From Geosiphon pyriformis uo1 (Eukaryota > Fungi > Glomeromycota), in contig JAAOMT010000502.1 in assembly GCA_016748015.1 (NCBI GenBank), positions 248,001-312,000 on the forward strand: DNA of 64,000 nt, in the 5' to 3' direction. Under the pieces are notes generated by a model. It made no database searches, had not been told where the DNA came from, and worked only from the letters and a program-made list of their open reading frames with translations. The translations under genes were made by a program, and so were the position numbers. Every line of letters starts with the position of its first letter. Position 1 is the first letter of the stretch. Shown here in pieces: positions 25,601 through 38,650 of the stretch.

Positions 25601-28600
25601 AACTTGTCCAGAGCTTATGCTTTTTACTAGCTTTGCCACTAACAGTTTGAGCCTAAAGAACTTCAATGAATGTTTACTTATTGAGGCATCAGACCCAGAA
25701 AACCACAATTTAGAAAACATCTTATTAGCAGAAACTACTATCATCTCCTTTAGAATTTCTCACATTGAATCCAAATCTCCATGATACTTAATACCATTGA
25801 AAGCCTCCATCCTTTCCAAAAATATGCCCAAAAAACAGCTTCTAAATCATGACCAACTTTCATCACCAGCATCTTTGATTCGGAATTTCCATCTATCTCT
25901 GTTTGCCTGCTTGTACACACTGTTAAGATGTACATCCAGAAGACCACCAATCCAATTGTGATTGATACTGCTTTGTAATCAGTATCAAAAAATTCAGAAA
26001 CCATTCTCACTTTATGGTTAGCAACAGCAGATGCCAGATTGTGAGCAACAAAAATGAAATCAATGACTTTCTTCATGCCCCTAGAATTGCTTCAAGTGCA
26101 AGATTTAGCCAAAAAATGTCCATAAAAAGAGTTAACCAAATCCAAATCCAAGTAAAACTTGAAACTAATACTTCTCTTAGTACTGTTTTTATTTAAATTT
26201 TCACCCACTACCACAAAAGTACTGGAATTGACAGCTTTGGCAATAAAAAAATTGATTTCAGATGTTTGACTATATCTCATTTCAGCAGATACACTAGCAT
26301 ATAAACCCAAGATCATAACAGACAACTTTCCTTTAAACAAAAGCCTAACAGAAATAATTCGTCCAGAAACTTCCTCAATTTTAGAAACATAACAGGCCAA
26401 AGAGTTGCTCATAATAATGGCTACTCTAGCACCAAAAAAACTCTTGTCTACACCAGAAGAAAAAATTCGCACCCCATTAAATTTGTTTATAATCCAAAGT
26501 TTAATTCCAGGTTTTAACTTTGTTTCTGTAATAATTGAAATCATGTTATCTGAATTCATATGCCAATACACAATATCATCTTGCTTAGCTGGAACATTAA
26601 TGCTGCAAACATTGCACATAGCAATTTTCCACACCAGATCATTCATTGGGATGAAGAAAACATCAGAGAGACTGAGCCAGCACACAACTGATCTAACTTC
26701 ACCAAAACTGAATTTACAGAGGCTTCAAAAGCCACAAATTTTGACTCTAAACCTTCCATTTTGGCTGTCAGAATTTTCGAACTACTAGAACCCAAAGTGA
26801 ATGCATTAGAAACAGCATAAGACAGAGATGGAAAGACCCAATTTTTATAAAACATTATTATTTAGTATTTAATAAAATTAAATTAAATTATTACTCAACA
26901 ACTATAAAATAAAATGTTTTCAGATTGAATTTTTTATTGTTTTTGTTTTTTAGACTATTAAAATTTGTAATCAAAAGCACTTTAATTATTTAATATTTAA
27001 ATAAACAATTATTTCAATTATTATGGCAATTTTCAAAGTTTTAAATATAATTAAATTCAAAATTTGCAAAAATTATAACAAAATTAACAAATATTCTTAT
27101 TTAAAATTTTTAATGGTTAAAATTAATTATTAAATACATAAAACATGAAAAGTTTTTTACATCTTAAAAAAATTTAAAATATAAGATACAATAATCTAAC
27201 TTGATTTAAACAAATTTTATAAACATTAAAATATTATATAATAAAAATTGGAATAGCAAACATTTCCAAAAAAAAAAGAAATTAAAAAAAACTTGAATAT
27301 AAATTTTATTGGTAAAGTTGATAATTAATTAATATTGAATTTTTAATTAATAGTTTAATAAATAAAATTTTTTTTGAAACTTTTTTATTAATAAAATAAC
27401 AAAATTAAAACACAACATAAATTGAAATAAAAATTTTTTAGTTGCATTTTTTTTAAAAATGTGTTTATTTTTAAAATACAGAGTTTCGATTTTTTAATTA
27501 TAATATTATTATCTTATATAAATTTATGTCTTTTTTAAATAATTTATTATTACCAGTTAAAATTAAAATTTAAAATAGTGTTTAACTTAAATTTAAATAA
27601 TAAAATCTTAAAAATTCCATTTTTTATTTCAAATTATTTAATTAAAAAAAAATGTTTTTTAAGTTAAAAGCTGTTTGCATATTTTTTTATTGCTAAGATA
27701 TAGTTTAATTTTAAATTAATCTTGTATAAATTTATTATTAAATATTAAACTTAAATAATACACAAACTATCTATAATCTTTTAGATTAATTAAGATTACT
27801 TAATATTAATCTCAAAAATTTTTTAACAATTTTTTTTATATTAAATATTATTTTTTATTCTTTGATATTATATTTATTTCTATATATATTATTTATAGTA
27901 TTTATATTTTTTTATAATACAAGTTTATAAAATTCTTAACTAATTCTTTAATTTTTAATTTTGCCAAATTGCTATTTTTAATTTTGTTAGATATATCTTT
28001 ACACTAATCCTTGTAAATCAAGTTTTTGCTCATTGATATATACATTTTTTTATAGTTATGTTGTATTTAATTATTTTTTATATTGTTTAATATTAAACTT
28101 ATTTAGTTTTGGCTGTAATAAAAAATATTCAAAAAATTTATAATTTTAGACAAAATTTGACTATTTTTTTTTTGTTCTTATATTTAAATAAACAAAGTTT
28201 TTAATAATATTACTTTTAAGACAATTTATGTTAGAGTATTTTTTATTGTATTTTTTTTCTTTATTATTATTAAAAATATATTATGAATCAATTTTATTAT
28301 ATTTGATTAAATGTCAATTATGTGTTATTAATTAAGTTAGATTTTAAATTACTATTAGTCATATTTTTATTGTTTTATTTAATATTTTTGATTTAAACTC
28401 TTTGGTAACTTTAAGAAATTTTTATTTACTATTATATACATTTAAATATAAGTTTTTTACAAACTTTCTAATTTTATAAAAAATTACTATTTCTTGTTAT
28501 ACATTTTTTTTGCTTTTATTCTATGGCATTTGGTTGTATTGGCAAATTGTATTTGCCAGTTTGTCTGTTTTTTAATATATTTTATTGACAGTTTTTTTTC

Positions 28601-29264
28601 TTAAGAAATAATCTATTCTATTTTTTTACTCAATAAGCGTTTTAATATTCTATTTTTTAATGCTTATACTTGGAATTACAAATATTATTTGCTTTTTTAT
28701 TGGTTATGTAAATTTTGTATTTTGATTTCTCAAATATGTCAACTTGATTACTTTTAATTCAGCCAGTATAAATAATATTATTCTATATATTTTAAAAATC
28801 ACATTTATATTTATATCTCCAAACCATACTGCTGTGCTTTTAAACATATAATTGGTTTTAAGTCTCTTATTAATTTATTTGTGTAAATTGAAACCATTTT
28901 TAGCTTTATTGTTTTTAGTGCTTTTCTGATTTTTTCCATTATTTTGCTTTTTCTTATTTTTTTTCTGCACTATATTTTTCAAAAACTTTTTTTTTACATG
29001 CTGCTCATCAATTGTGTTTCTCTTATAGGTATTTTTGCAAACTTTGTACTAATTGGAAATGATATTTTGCATATTTTTGTTTTATAATATTTATTTAATT
29101 TAAAAATTTAAGATTTAAAAGATTTATTAAATAACTTAAAAAATTAATACAAAAAAAAATTCAGTAAGAAATTGCTAACAGAATAAACAATTACCAAGAA
29201 AAAAATAAGAATAATAATAAAAAAATTAATTATCAAACTATCTTTGTAAAATTAATTTTTAATT

Positions 29265-29265
29265 A

Positions 29266-29302
<37 letters not shown>
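29265..29302. repeat. (TAT)n microsatellite
   Basis: Direct reading. Confidence 0.9.
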
Positions 29303-29687
29303 TCGATTACATTATTATTAATTTTTCAGTTATATTAATCTTAGTTTTTAATAATAATAATGATAATATATTATTTTTTAAATTAAATACTAATACCCAT
29401 TTTTTTAAAATATAATAGTTATCTTATTATATATGTAAAATTAAAAATGATTTTTTTAAGCGTATAATCACATTTAGTAACGTTGAAAATATGAGTTTTA
29501 ACAAAATTTAAGTTTTTATAGATATATCAAGAGAAAAATAATAATAATAATAAATAATTAAATAATATTACAATAAATTGAAAAAATTTAATTTTAAATT
29601 ATTATAAAAATTATTTAATATTCAATTAATAATAAAAATAAATTATTCATAATTAAATTTTCAAATGTAAAAATTAATTTAAAACGG

Positions 29688-29694
29688 CAGCAGC

Positions 29695-29763
<69 letters not shown>

Positions 29764-29815
29764 AACAACAACAATAACAATAACAACAACAATAATAATA
29801 ATAATAATAATAATA
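29688..29815. repeat. Compound (CAG)n(CAA)n(AAT)n microsatellite
   Basis: cagcagcaacaacaa... (more than 20 CAA units) grading into aataat. Confidence 0.95.
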
Positions 29816-32800
29816 GTGTAATTGAAAACTCTAGGTAACAAAAATTATTTTGACCTTATAACTACCTACATTTACTATTTTTATATATCAAATGAACAGG
29901 AAAAATACAAATTCTTGGGCTAATGATTTTATCAACCAACAAAACCTCGTGATATAGTAAAACCAATTCTTTTCAAGCATTAGTTTTATACTCTACTAAA
30001 TTTCGGCTATTTATAATGTTAAAACTGAAGAGATAATATTTGAAGAGGAAGTAGATATCGAGATTGATCGATATATAACATTCATCACTTAAACATATGA
30101 GTTTAAACAAAAGTTCCTTGTTCACTTTGAATTTGTCTGTAAGGGTAAAAGAATGACAATTTATATTGACTCAGATTCAAATGCAATTCTTGAGGTTCAA
30201 TGAATAATATTTTGATATTTATTCCTAAATGATAATCACATGAAAGTCTTTAACAATAACAATAATATAGAGTTCAAACTCAGCTCTAAAATCAATTGAA
30301 TGATTCCCAAATATTTTATTTGCTAAATTGAAATTTGACATTTGACATTTTTGAGTAACAATTTTACACAAGATAATTCAAACCTTTGATAATTGTACAC
30401 ATTATTTATTGGGTTGATATATTGCATATATATTTGAATAAAGGTCCCTTCAAATGTTCTAGAAAAATATATTGATAATTGATGACGTGTGACTCTGCCA
30501 TCAATTTTACTCAGAAAATTTGAATTCTTAAATGCCTTACTCAAAAAATCAAAATTTTCTTTTCATAAAAATGTTAGGATTTCTTATTGAAACTCACAAA
30601 ATAAAGATTTACAAATTTGGCCCAATATAAAGATGTAAAGCTCTTTATTCTTCAAAGAACAGATGTGGCCGATTTTCTTTATCGCAAACTCATATATCAA
30701 CTCCTTTGTTATATGAGGTTATGCTTTTTGAAGCAGGTTTATTTAATTTAATAATACATTTAATGTTTCTGGTTTTTAAAAGTATCTGTGTTTTCAATAT
30801 ATTCTTTATAATTTATGTTATTACAAATGTTAAATTATGGCTTTGAATTTCGGTTTTTTTGATTTAACTGATTTTAGCTGCATTTTTCTAAAGCAAAGGT
30901 TTGAAGAATTTCTAGGCTTCGACTCTGGATTATGTCATTTTCTATCATTACCCGGTTCAAGTTGACAATAAAGCCTGCCTGCATACTATTAATGCTCAAT
31001 TACAATTGATATGCATGAAGGAAAAACTTGAATGAGGATATTGGATTTTTCTCCCATTTGGTTCTAATTGTAATAGCCATTTCTATCGGAAGAGTCGATT
31101 TTAGTTTTATGGAAATATTTTGGGAGACAAGACTTATGAGTATTAAATGAATAAACATAAATGTGTTACAAATTGTGAATAATAAGATTTTTAATCAGAG
31201 AGAAATATTTTTGCCATTTCAGGGATTAAGTTTTCACTCAAAGTATTAGACTTGAAGATTATTTGGTGAAACCTTTAATTTCTTTTTTGAAAGTAAAAAA
31301 GGAATTTTTAATGAGCTTAAACATTATCCCTAAAATTTTTGCCTTTGTATCTAAATAGCATTCATTTCGTGATAAAATGTGTCATAAAATTGCATACAAA
31401 GGCTAATTCATTGATTTCTAAATAATTAGTTTGTTGACTTTTTTAAGAAAACAATAGAGATCTACCTGTTTCGACCTGATGAAGTCTGCAGAGTTTGAAA
31501 ACAATTTCTAATCAAGGGGAAGCACACCGTGTTCTTACGTATCTACTCTGAGAAATGATATCATTGACTGCCGATATTACCATTTAAAAAAAAATTATTG
31601 TGAGATAAAAATGAATTTAAGGGAACATTTGGGGGGTAGGATCCAACCTTGATCCTCAAGTTTTATTCTTTTGGTTCAATTACAAAATTAGATATTGCTT
31701 CTCGAATTACAAAGGCCAAGTCTAGAATATCTCTCATCGGTCCACTTACTATGTACTAGGACGTAATTTTTAATAAATTTAAACTTCTGTATTTATTTAA
31801 AAATATCTTAGAAAACGAATAAAAAAGCATTTAGAATACTTTTGCAGAATTTAGCTGAACCGGAAAAAGGTATTTTATAAAAATTCTCTTGGTACATGAA
31901 AAATTATAATGTTACTATTATAGCTATAATATTTTTTAATAAATGATTGCTAGGATTAAAAATTATAAAAAATTAGTTGAGCTGGAATGTATTGAGAAGA
32001 TACTATTCCAAGATTTTTAAAGATGAAATAAATTACTTGGTAATTTAATCTTTTGTAATTTTATCTTACTCCCCTCTTTTGTCATAAATGACTTGGCGAA
32101 ATTCTCTTTTCATACGAAATTAATATATAATAGATTCATCCTAAATAAAGCCAAATATCTTGGCAGAAATCTAATTATAATTTATTAGAACAAATGCTTG
32201 GAAATTTGATTTGTATAATGTTTATTTTGTAAATCATTTTAATTAAATACTTATTGTCATGTGTGGTTTCAAAAGTTGGGACGGGAATATTTATTTGTAT
32301 TTTGTTTTGCTAAGTAGAAGCTTTAACTGATTTTGGTAGTTTTTTGAAAATTATTAATATTCGTCATTTTTTTCTATTCATAATGGCATATACCAACAAT
32401 CTGGTTTTTTTTTATCTTTTGAGGATGTTTTAACGTCAATTTATTCAAGTCAAGTCAAGTCAAGTCGGATTTTAATTTTAATTTTAATTAATCGACATCT
32501 TTAATCTCAAAATTAATTAACTGAAACCCTCCTATTGGAGATACTTATAAAATTGGTGTAGTTATAAATAAGAATGTTTTCTTTGAAATTTTTACTCTAG
32601 AACAGTAATAACAGAAAATCTGTATTTGTATTTTAGAATTAAAGAAATCAATCAGAATTAATGTCAAGTATCACTTAAGATAAGATATTTAAAGCTTGGA
32701 ATTTGAAAATTTTCCACTCGGAAAAAATGACAGCATTTAACTCATGTTTGTATCATCGGCGATCAATTTAAAGCTTTCTTGGAATTTGGATATCAATTCA

Positions 32801-34448
32801 ACCGATTAATTGAATATCGTTTGTAAAAAATTTGAGCTAGGGTTCCAGCCTAACAAAAAAATTTCTCATATGTGAATCCAGGAATTCAGGGTAAAATTTA
32901 AGAAGCCTCAAGCTCTTCATCATGTCTCGCCTCTGATTTTGGCTATCAGACAAAATTTGAAATGTCACAAATCAAATCGTATCACTTTCCAAAAAAAAAA
33001 TTAAAATAGTTTAGAGCGCTTTATAAAATTACGTTCTTGTCAAACAACATTAGTTCCCATTTTCTTTACTTCTATTTTATCAGATTGACACGCATTTTCC
33101 TTACATATTGTTGCAAAGAACACCGCAGGAAAAAAATTTCGATCATTGTATTTCGTTAGTGCAACAACTGGATTTTTAGGGTAATGTGTAAAATTTACAA
33201 ATTTGAATTATGAAATTAATATTACACAAAGTTTTTAAAGTATATGTTTGACGAAATAGGAGATTCTCCCGCCATAAACATTAATATATTCATTGCATGC
33301 ACAAATAATTTATTTTCTTTATCCATGGAAGGATAGAAATTTTTATTTTGCTGCAATTTTTGATATCAAAGGAAATAATAGGTAGTAGTTTTCTTTATTG
33401 TCGGATAAAATTTTCCCCGATTATCTACAATCTTTATATATAATTTAAGAAATTATCGGAGACTTTTGATTTTTTTAAAGGAATACAAAAACGGCCAGAA
33501 GCTGCTAAAAACATCCTCTCAAATTTTATTCAAAAGAGAACAGGAATGAAAATGAAGACTGAATTATGAAAAAATCTTTAAATTGGCATTTTGATTTGAA
33601 AGACTGTTCAAATTTCCTATCTTTTATTTTGACATTTCTAACTAGAACTTTCATGACCGAAAATTATGGTGTCACTCATTGAGAATATCAGACTAAAAAA
33701 GCTATTCATTGGGAAATGAAATTGTGTCACGGTAGCAAAATGCAAATCTTTTCTTGATGTTGATAATGTTTAGATAACCGATGCTCAGCTCTTTTTGTGT
33801 GATTGCTTGGGTAATAAAAGATTTGCAAATCTTGAGTTTATATGGGACAATAAGCGTAATCGTAATGTTTTGTTTTTGTCATGTTTTGTTCTGAACATAA
33901 TTCCTAGCTCGATAATTTTTTTATTGAGAAAGTTGGATTGATTGGTTTTTTGAAATTTTCTTTGGATCTCATTTCTAGTTCTTTATTCGTGCTTGGCCTA
34001 CTCTTTGTAACATTTCATCATAGAATGCACTAGATGAACCTGAACCATGGGTGAAGATCATGCTAGAATCTATCTGGTTGACGTTTTTGAAAATGGAATG
34101 ATTTCTAATTTGGGCATTAAATAAAGTTCGAAAAGTAGTAACGCAATTAGGTTAGATTATGTCAAATGTTTGTGTTCTATATTGTACCCTTTGAACGAAT
34201 GGCTTTCGCTAAATCTTGCATTATTAATTTTGGACAGTGTCACTAAACCCTTTTTTCTTTCATTTCTGAATATGGTATTCCAAGGCGCGAGTCGGGTTTC
34301 ATTCCTGGTTTTCAAATTTGCTACTAATGTACATGATCATGCTTTAGCTTGCTGCTTCTGCCTTTTAAAGATTTAGACTGCTTTAAATTTAATGTCAATC
34401 ATTGGCGTCATAGTAAATAGCTAAACTAACAAAGTTTAAAAATTTTAC

Positions 34449-34517
34449 GATGATGATGATGATGATGATGAGGATGTTGATTATGATGTTGTTTATGATA
34501 ATTATGATGATGATTAT
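34449..34517. repeat. Degenerate (GAT)n microsatellite
   Basis: gatgatgatgat... read directly. Confidence 0.85.
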
Positions 34518-34676
34518 GTTAGATGAATTCTGAATAAAGTTTAACCCCACCCGTTTAACATGCAATAGTGGCATAGCCTTTATTAAATCTCCAACCGATA
34601 ATTTTAAAGATGAAAAACGCCAATTATTTCCTGATGAGGAATCACAATGATTTAAGGACAAGTTTTACTTGGGTAT

Positions 34677-34680
<4 letters not shown>

Positions 34681-34764
<84 letters not shown>
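34681..34764 (+). repeat. 84-nt poly(A) homopolymer
   Basis: Direct reading. Confidence 0.95.
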
Positions 34765-34767
<3 letters not shown>

Positions 34768-36233
34768 TCGAGGCGCTGATTAAACAAAACAGGCAAAGAT
34801 AATATTATTTAGTCTATTGTTATTTCGGAATTATTCAAGAATTTAACTTTAAATAGATGTTACCAGCTAAAATGAATCATTATTACTATGAAAATTTATT
34901 GGCGAAGAAAAACCGGTTTATTCTGCGGAAAATAAAGTTTTTAAATTACACAAACACGACAGATATCTGTCTCTGTTATTTGCTTATCTTGGATATTTCT
35001 AATTGAACTCGTGCATCTCATGTTTGTTTGATGACCTTAGGTAATAATTTCTCAAAATAGAAAAGATTTTCTCTTTAACTATTCTAAATTAATGTCAATA
35101 TATCGTTAAAAGTCATTGTGTTATCAACCTCTTTGTTGTCCTATTGGATTGTGATACAAAATCAATCAGCAATGATGTTTATAGAGAGCTGCAAAAAATT
35201 TTTTTTTACAGGGGAAATAATTGGTCGCGTGCATTAAACATTTTTCAAACATGTCACACAAGCAAATTATAAATCACATGGATTTTAAAGAAGTCAATTA
35301 TGTCCCAAATTGTCATGGTAAAAAAATTAAATTCTCAGATTACCAATTGTTCTAGTGCGGGTAGCTGAACATTCCATTAATAAATAATCTGCAAAAAAAG
35401 TAACAAAATTAAAGTTGGGCGTTATTCTGAAACCTGACTCATGTTCATTGGTTCTTCCCCTTATTTCGTGTTTTTTCTCCTTTGTCGCAATCTTTAGAGG
35501 AAAAATCAATTTTTCAATCCTAACCTTTTTTAGGACACTTCCGCCCTTAAATTATAATCATGCAAGGTAGTTTCCATTTAGAACCACGGCGCATACAGGT
35601 TTTACCCTTTTCTTTATTTCATTGTGTTTCCCTGCTCCTTTTTTTTCCGTGGGAAATATGTAAGATCTTGTGATCGATAATGTATTACCTAAAAATAAAA
35701 TATTATTTTCAATCAATTGTACATGTGAAAGCAAATGTTTTCCAAAATATTCCGACTCTTTCCGACCTACCTCGATGTGGCTGTTTCTTGGGGTCGGAAG
35801 TTTTTGTTTCGTTCAAGCAAGTATCATTTAATGTTATTGAATGCACACAACAAATAAAGTTAGCAACTTTGATAAACAATCTTTCTTCCTGAAAATCTTT
35901 TGGAGTGGCGCAGTAATGCATAAATTTTGCAGATGAAGTTCATTGTTGTGCTAATCGGGTAATTACAATATTGTACCTTAATATATATCTTCCTACGAAG
36001 GTCGGAATCCTATAGATTATGCATTATAACGCCGATCAAATTTAAATAGACGAATCTGGTAATTTAACAGATTCAGCGCTGCAACCCTTACAAAAAATTC
36101 TCAACTTTCTTCCAATTCTGATCTCGCTACCTTTTTTTTTTTTTTTTTGCGATTTTAGCTTTTTTATTTTACTTCTTTTTTCGTCCTCCCAAAGATTCCA
36201 TATTTCGAAGAACAACAAAGACTGATTTTCTTC

Positions 36234-38650
36234 ATGGATTACTCTCAATATCTCAAAACTTTTGAACAGCAGCAAGAAAATTTAATGTGTCCACTTTCGA
36301 TACCATGTGCTTCACCTGGATGTCGAAGTTTATCTTACAGTGACCAGAATGGATATAAGCTTTGCTGTGGTCATATGTCAAACAGTCCCATACTTCCTGG
36401 AAATCAAGATTTCAACGCGACTACACAATTTTTTGGGTATCCAAATGCAATAGCAAATCAAGCTCTTGCTACAACAAATCTCACCACATTCAACGATTAT
36501 ACAAATTTTATGGATCGAAGAAACATTATGACATCCCCACGAAATTATTCTTTATCTCATCCAACTTCTCTTTGTCGGCAGCCTGATTGCCAAGATGATT
36601 TCTGCAATGATTGCAATCATTTGAAACCTCAACCCTTTCAAGTGATGAGTTTAAATAATGATCTTCCACAAACTGTTCAACTCTGTCAGCCGCAAAGCTT
36701 CCTAATTTCGAATACACAACAAAATTTAATGTCAAATATTACCAATACCAAAAGTTTACCATCATTTTGTAGACAACAAGAATGTGTAAATAGTTGTCAA
36801 GAATTGACTGATGATCATGGACATCACCCATATTGCGAAAATAATTCACCAAATTTATATAACACGGATTGTAATTCTACAGCTGATCAATCTAATTGCC
36901 AACCGCTCGTTCAAAATCAAATCGTTTCCCCACACCAAAATATTCAAATTCAACAACCATCTTCTGTTAACCCTACCAATGAATTCTCAATATTTGAAAG
37001 ATCCTGCCCAAACACTTTCTGCGATGGCCTCACTTGTACAATTTGCGTTAACCCGTACGCTCGAAATGTATATCCCACATCTCATCAACCCCAACAATCA
37101 CAGCAAATTCCGCTCAATAATTTCGTTCCTATGAGCAATTCAACGAATGAGATAGATTTCGCTGACCCTAGCATTCCAACATGTGGTCAATATGGTTGTC
37201 GCAACCCTTGCCTTACTCATCGAAATGGAGTAATTTTTAAATTCTGTTCAGGACCATATTGTGGGGCGACTGGAATAACTGAACAAGAATCAGAACCAGG
37301 TCATTCTTCCAATGTCTTAATATCTCCACTTTTAACTCATCCTACAACGCTTCCAGTAACAGCAAATGGAACTCCTGCGTTTTCAGCCGCTATTCCATCT
37401 CTTACCATGGGAATGCCAACGCTCACGTCCGGCATGGTTTCTCCAATAACAGCCGGAATTCCAACTACAAATCCTCTAACCATTGAGACAGGTAATAACA
37501 AAACATTTGAACCAGAATCTCCAATTCCATCCTCAACAACGACAACCCTTCCTGCTACACCAACCCCTCAATACGAATCGATTTCTCAACACACTACTAT
37601 CTCTGCCTATATTCCATCGAAAATTGATACACCTATCGATGAAATCATTCTAGCAAAGAATCCCTTACCGCTTGAATCATTTGCCTCATCAAAAGTCACG
37701 TCATCAATTGATCAGGATGTTTGCCCGACAAGAAATAACTCAATATGTTCATCAATTCTCGAAAATTCTGTCACTTCCTCGGTGGGAGAACAGGAGTCGG
37801 TCAAAAGTGATGATGAAAATGACAATCTCGAGAAAACGGCGAATCTAAAGCCAAAAAGAAAACGCGGTATTGAAAAGAATATCCCAGCAAGGTTGTGTGT
37901 AAGGCCTGGGTGTGATCAACATACTATGACGAAAAATAAGCGAGCCAAAAGATTTGATTCCTATTGTTCAACTGAATGCTTTTGGAAAGAAGGTGAAACA
38001 CTTAGCGAAACTAAGGCAACAAAACTCGACAAAAACGATTCAGATCATGCAATGGTATACAATGCATTCAGAGAAAATCTTAAAAATTATCGAATAAAAT
38101 GTATATTTCGATTACAAATGCCAAGTGAAATTACCAATCGGTACGTTACTTCAAAGCAAATGATGGCAAAAGCCAACAATGTTAGTCCTAGTGCAATAAC
38201 TCGACGACTTTTTCATGGCACAAAAAGCAATTGTGACGCGACATTAATCATAAAAGATGGCAAATTTTGTACAAATGAAGCCTGTGGAATGTGTGGTATA
38301 GTTGCCAAAAGCCATAAACGATCTTTTTCGAAGTGCAACGGAAGTAAGTTGAAAAATTTTTTAGTAAAACCTTCGAGGTATTTTACTAATTAGTTTCGAA
38401 TTCAGGTATGTGGTTCTCAGAAAGTTCAGCAACAGCCCAAAAACATTGCAGCACCTCCAAAATTCAAGCAATGTTTTTTGTCGATGTTCTTACAAAGGAC
38501 ACTGAAGCTAATGTTTGTGTTGATCAAGATGAGGTATTTTGAATAAGTAGATTTATTTGATCTATTCTTTTTCACAATCTCTAATATTATAATGTTGAAA
38601 TTTTTCAGCTGATATTGCCTCGCTTCTTGATTCTTTTTGGGCGAAATTGA
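36234..38650 (+). CDS. PARP-like ADP-ribosyltransferase-fold protein, paralog B (long N-terminus with ~5-6 Cys-rich Zn-finger-like units and P/S/T-rich linkers), 3 exons
   Basis: CVRPGC...YCSTECFW, IFRLQMP, LFHGT-KSNC...FCTNEACGMCGI; intron after CNG; SMWFSESSATAQKHC...MFFVDV...NVCVDQDE; intron; LILPRFLILFGRN* (TGA 38648-38650). Confidence 0.82.

Larger units (their letters stand above)
11940..26855 (-). mobile_element. Degenerate non-LTR (LINE) retrotransposon with ORF1 3' end, APE endonuclease, RT, RNase H and C-terminal Cys/His finger; interrupted by a Ty3/gypsy insertion
   Basis: APE motifs (WKIAMCNV, IITETKL, IDFIFV, TDYKAV) at 25750-26685. RT pieces (AGLSGIP, AYDSVGW, AFVDNT, YLGI) at 23930-25225. 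RNase H (VVYTDGS, KIKSHSGVYGNEHADLLA) at 22733-23425. The 3' part (12080-12776) is homologous to 59649-60395. Poly-T-rich tail at ~11940. Confidence 0.9.

Noticed and set aside
27900-29100. Possible ancient gypsy remnant on the minus strand
   Set aside because: Only vague knuckle- or RT-like hints in extremely AT-rich sequence; not supportable by eye.
29688-29815. (CAA)n as a polyglutamine exon or telomeric repeat
   Set aside because: No flanking ORF or splice context; not a TTAGGG-type repeat.
34395-34661. 88-aa ORF with a poly-Ile 'transmembrane' stretch
   Set aside because: Artefact of the (GAT)n microsatellite read on the minus strand.
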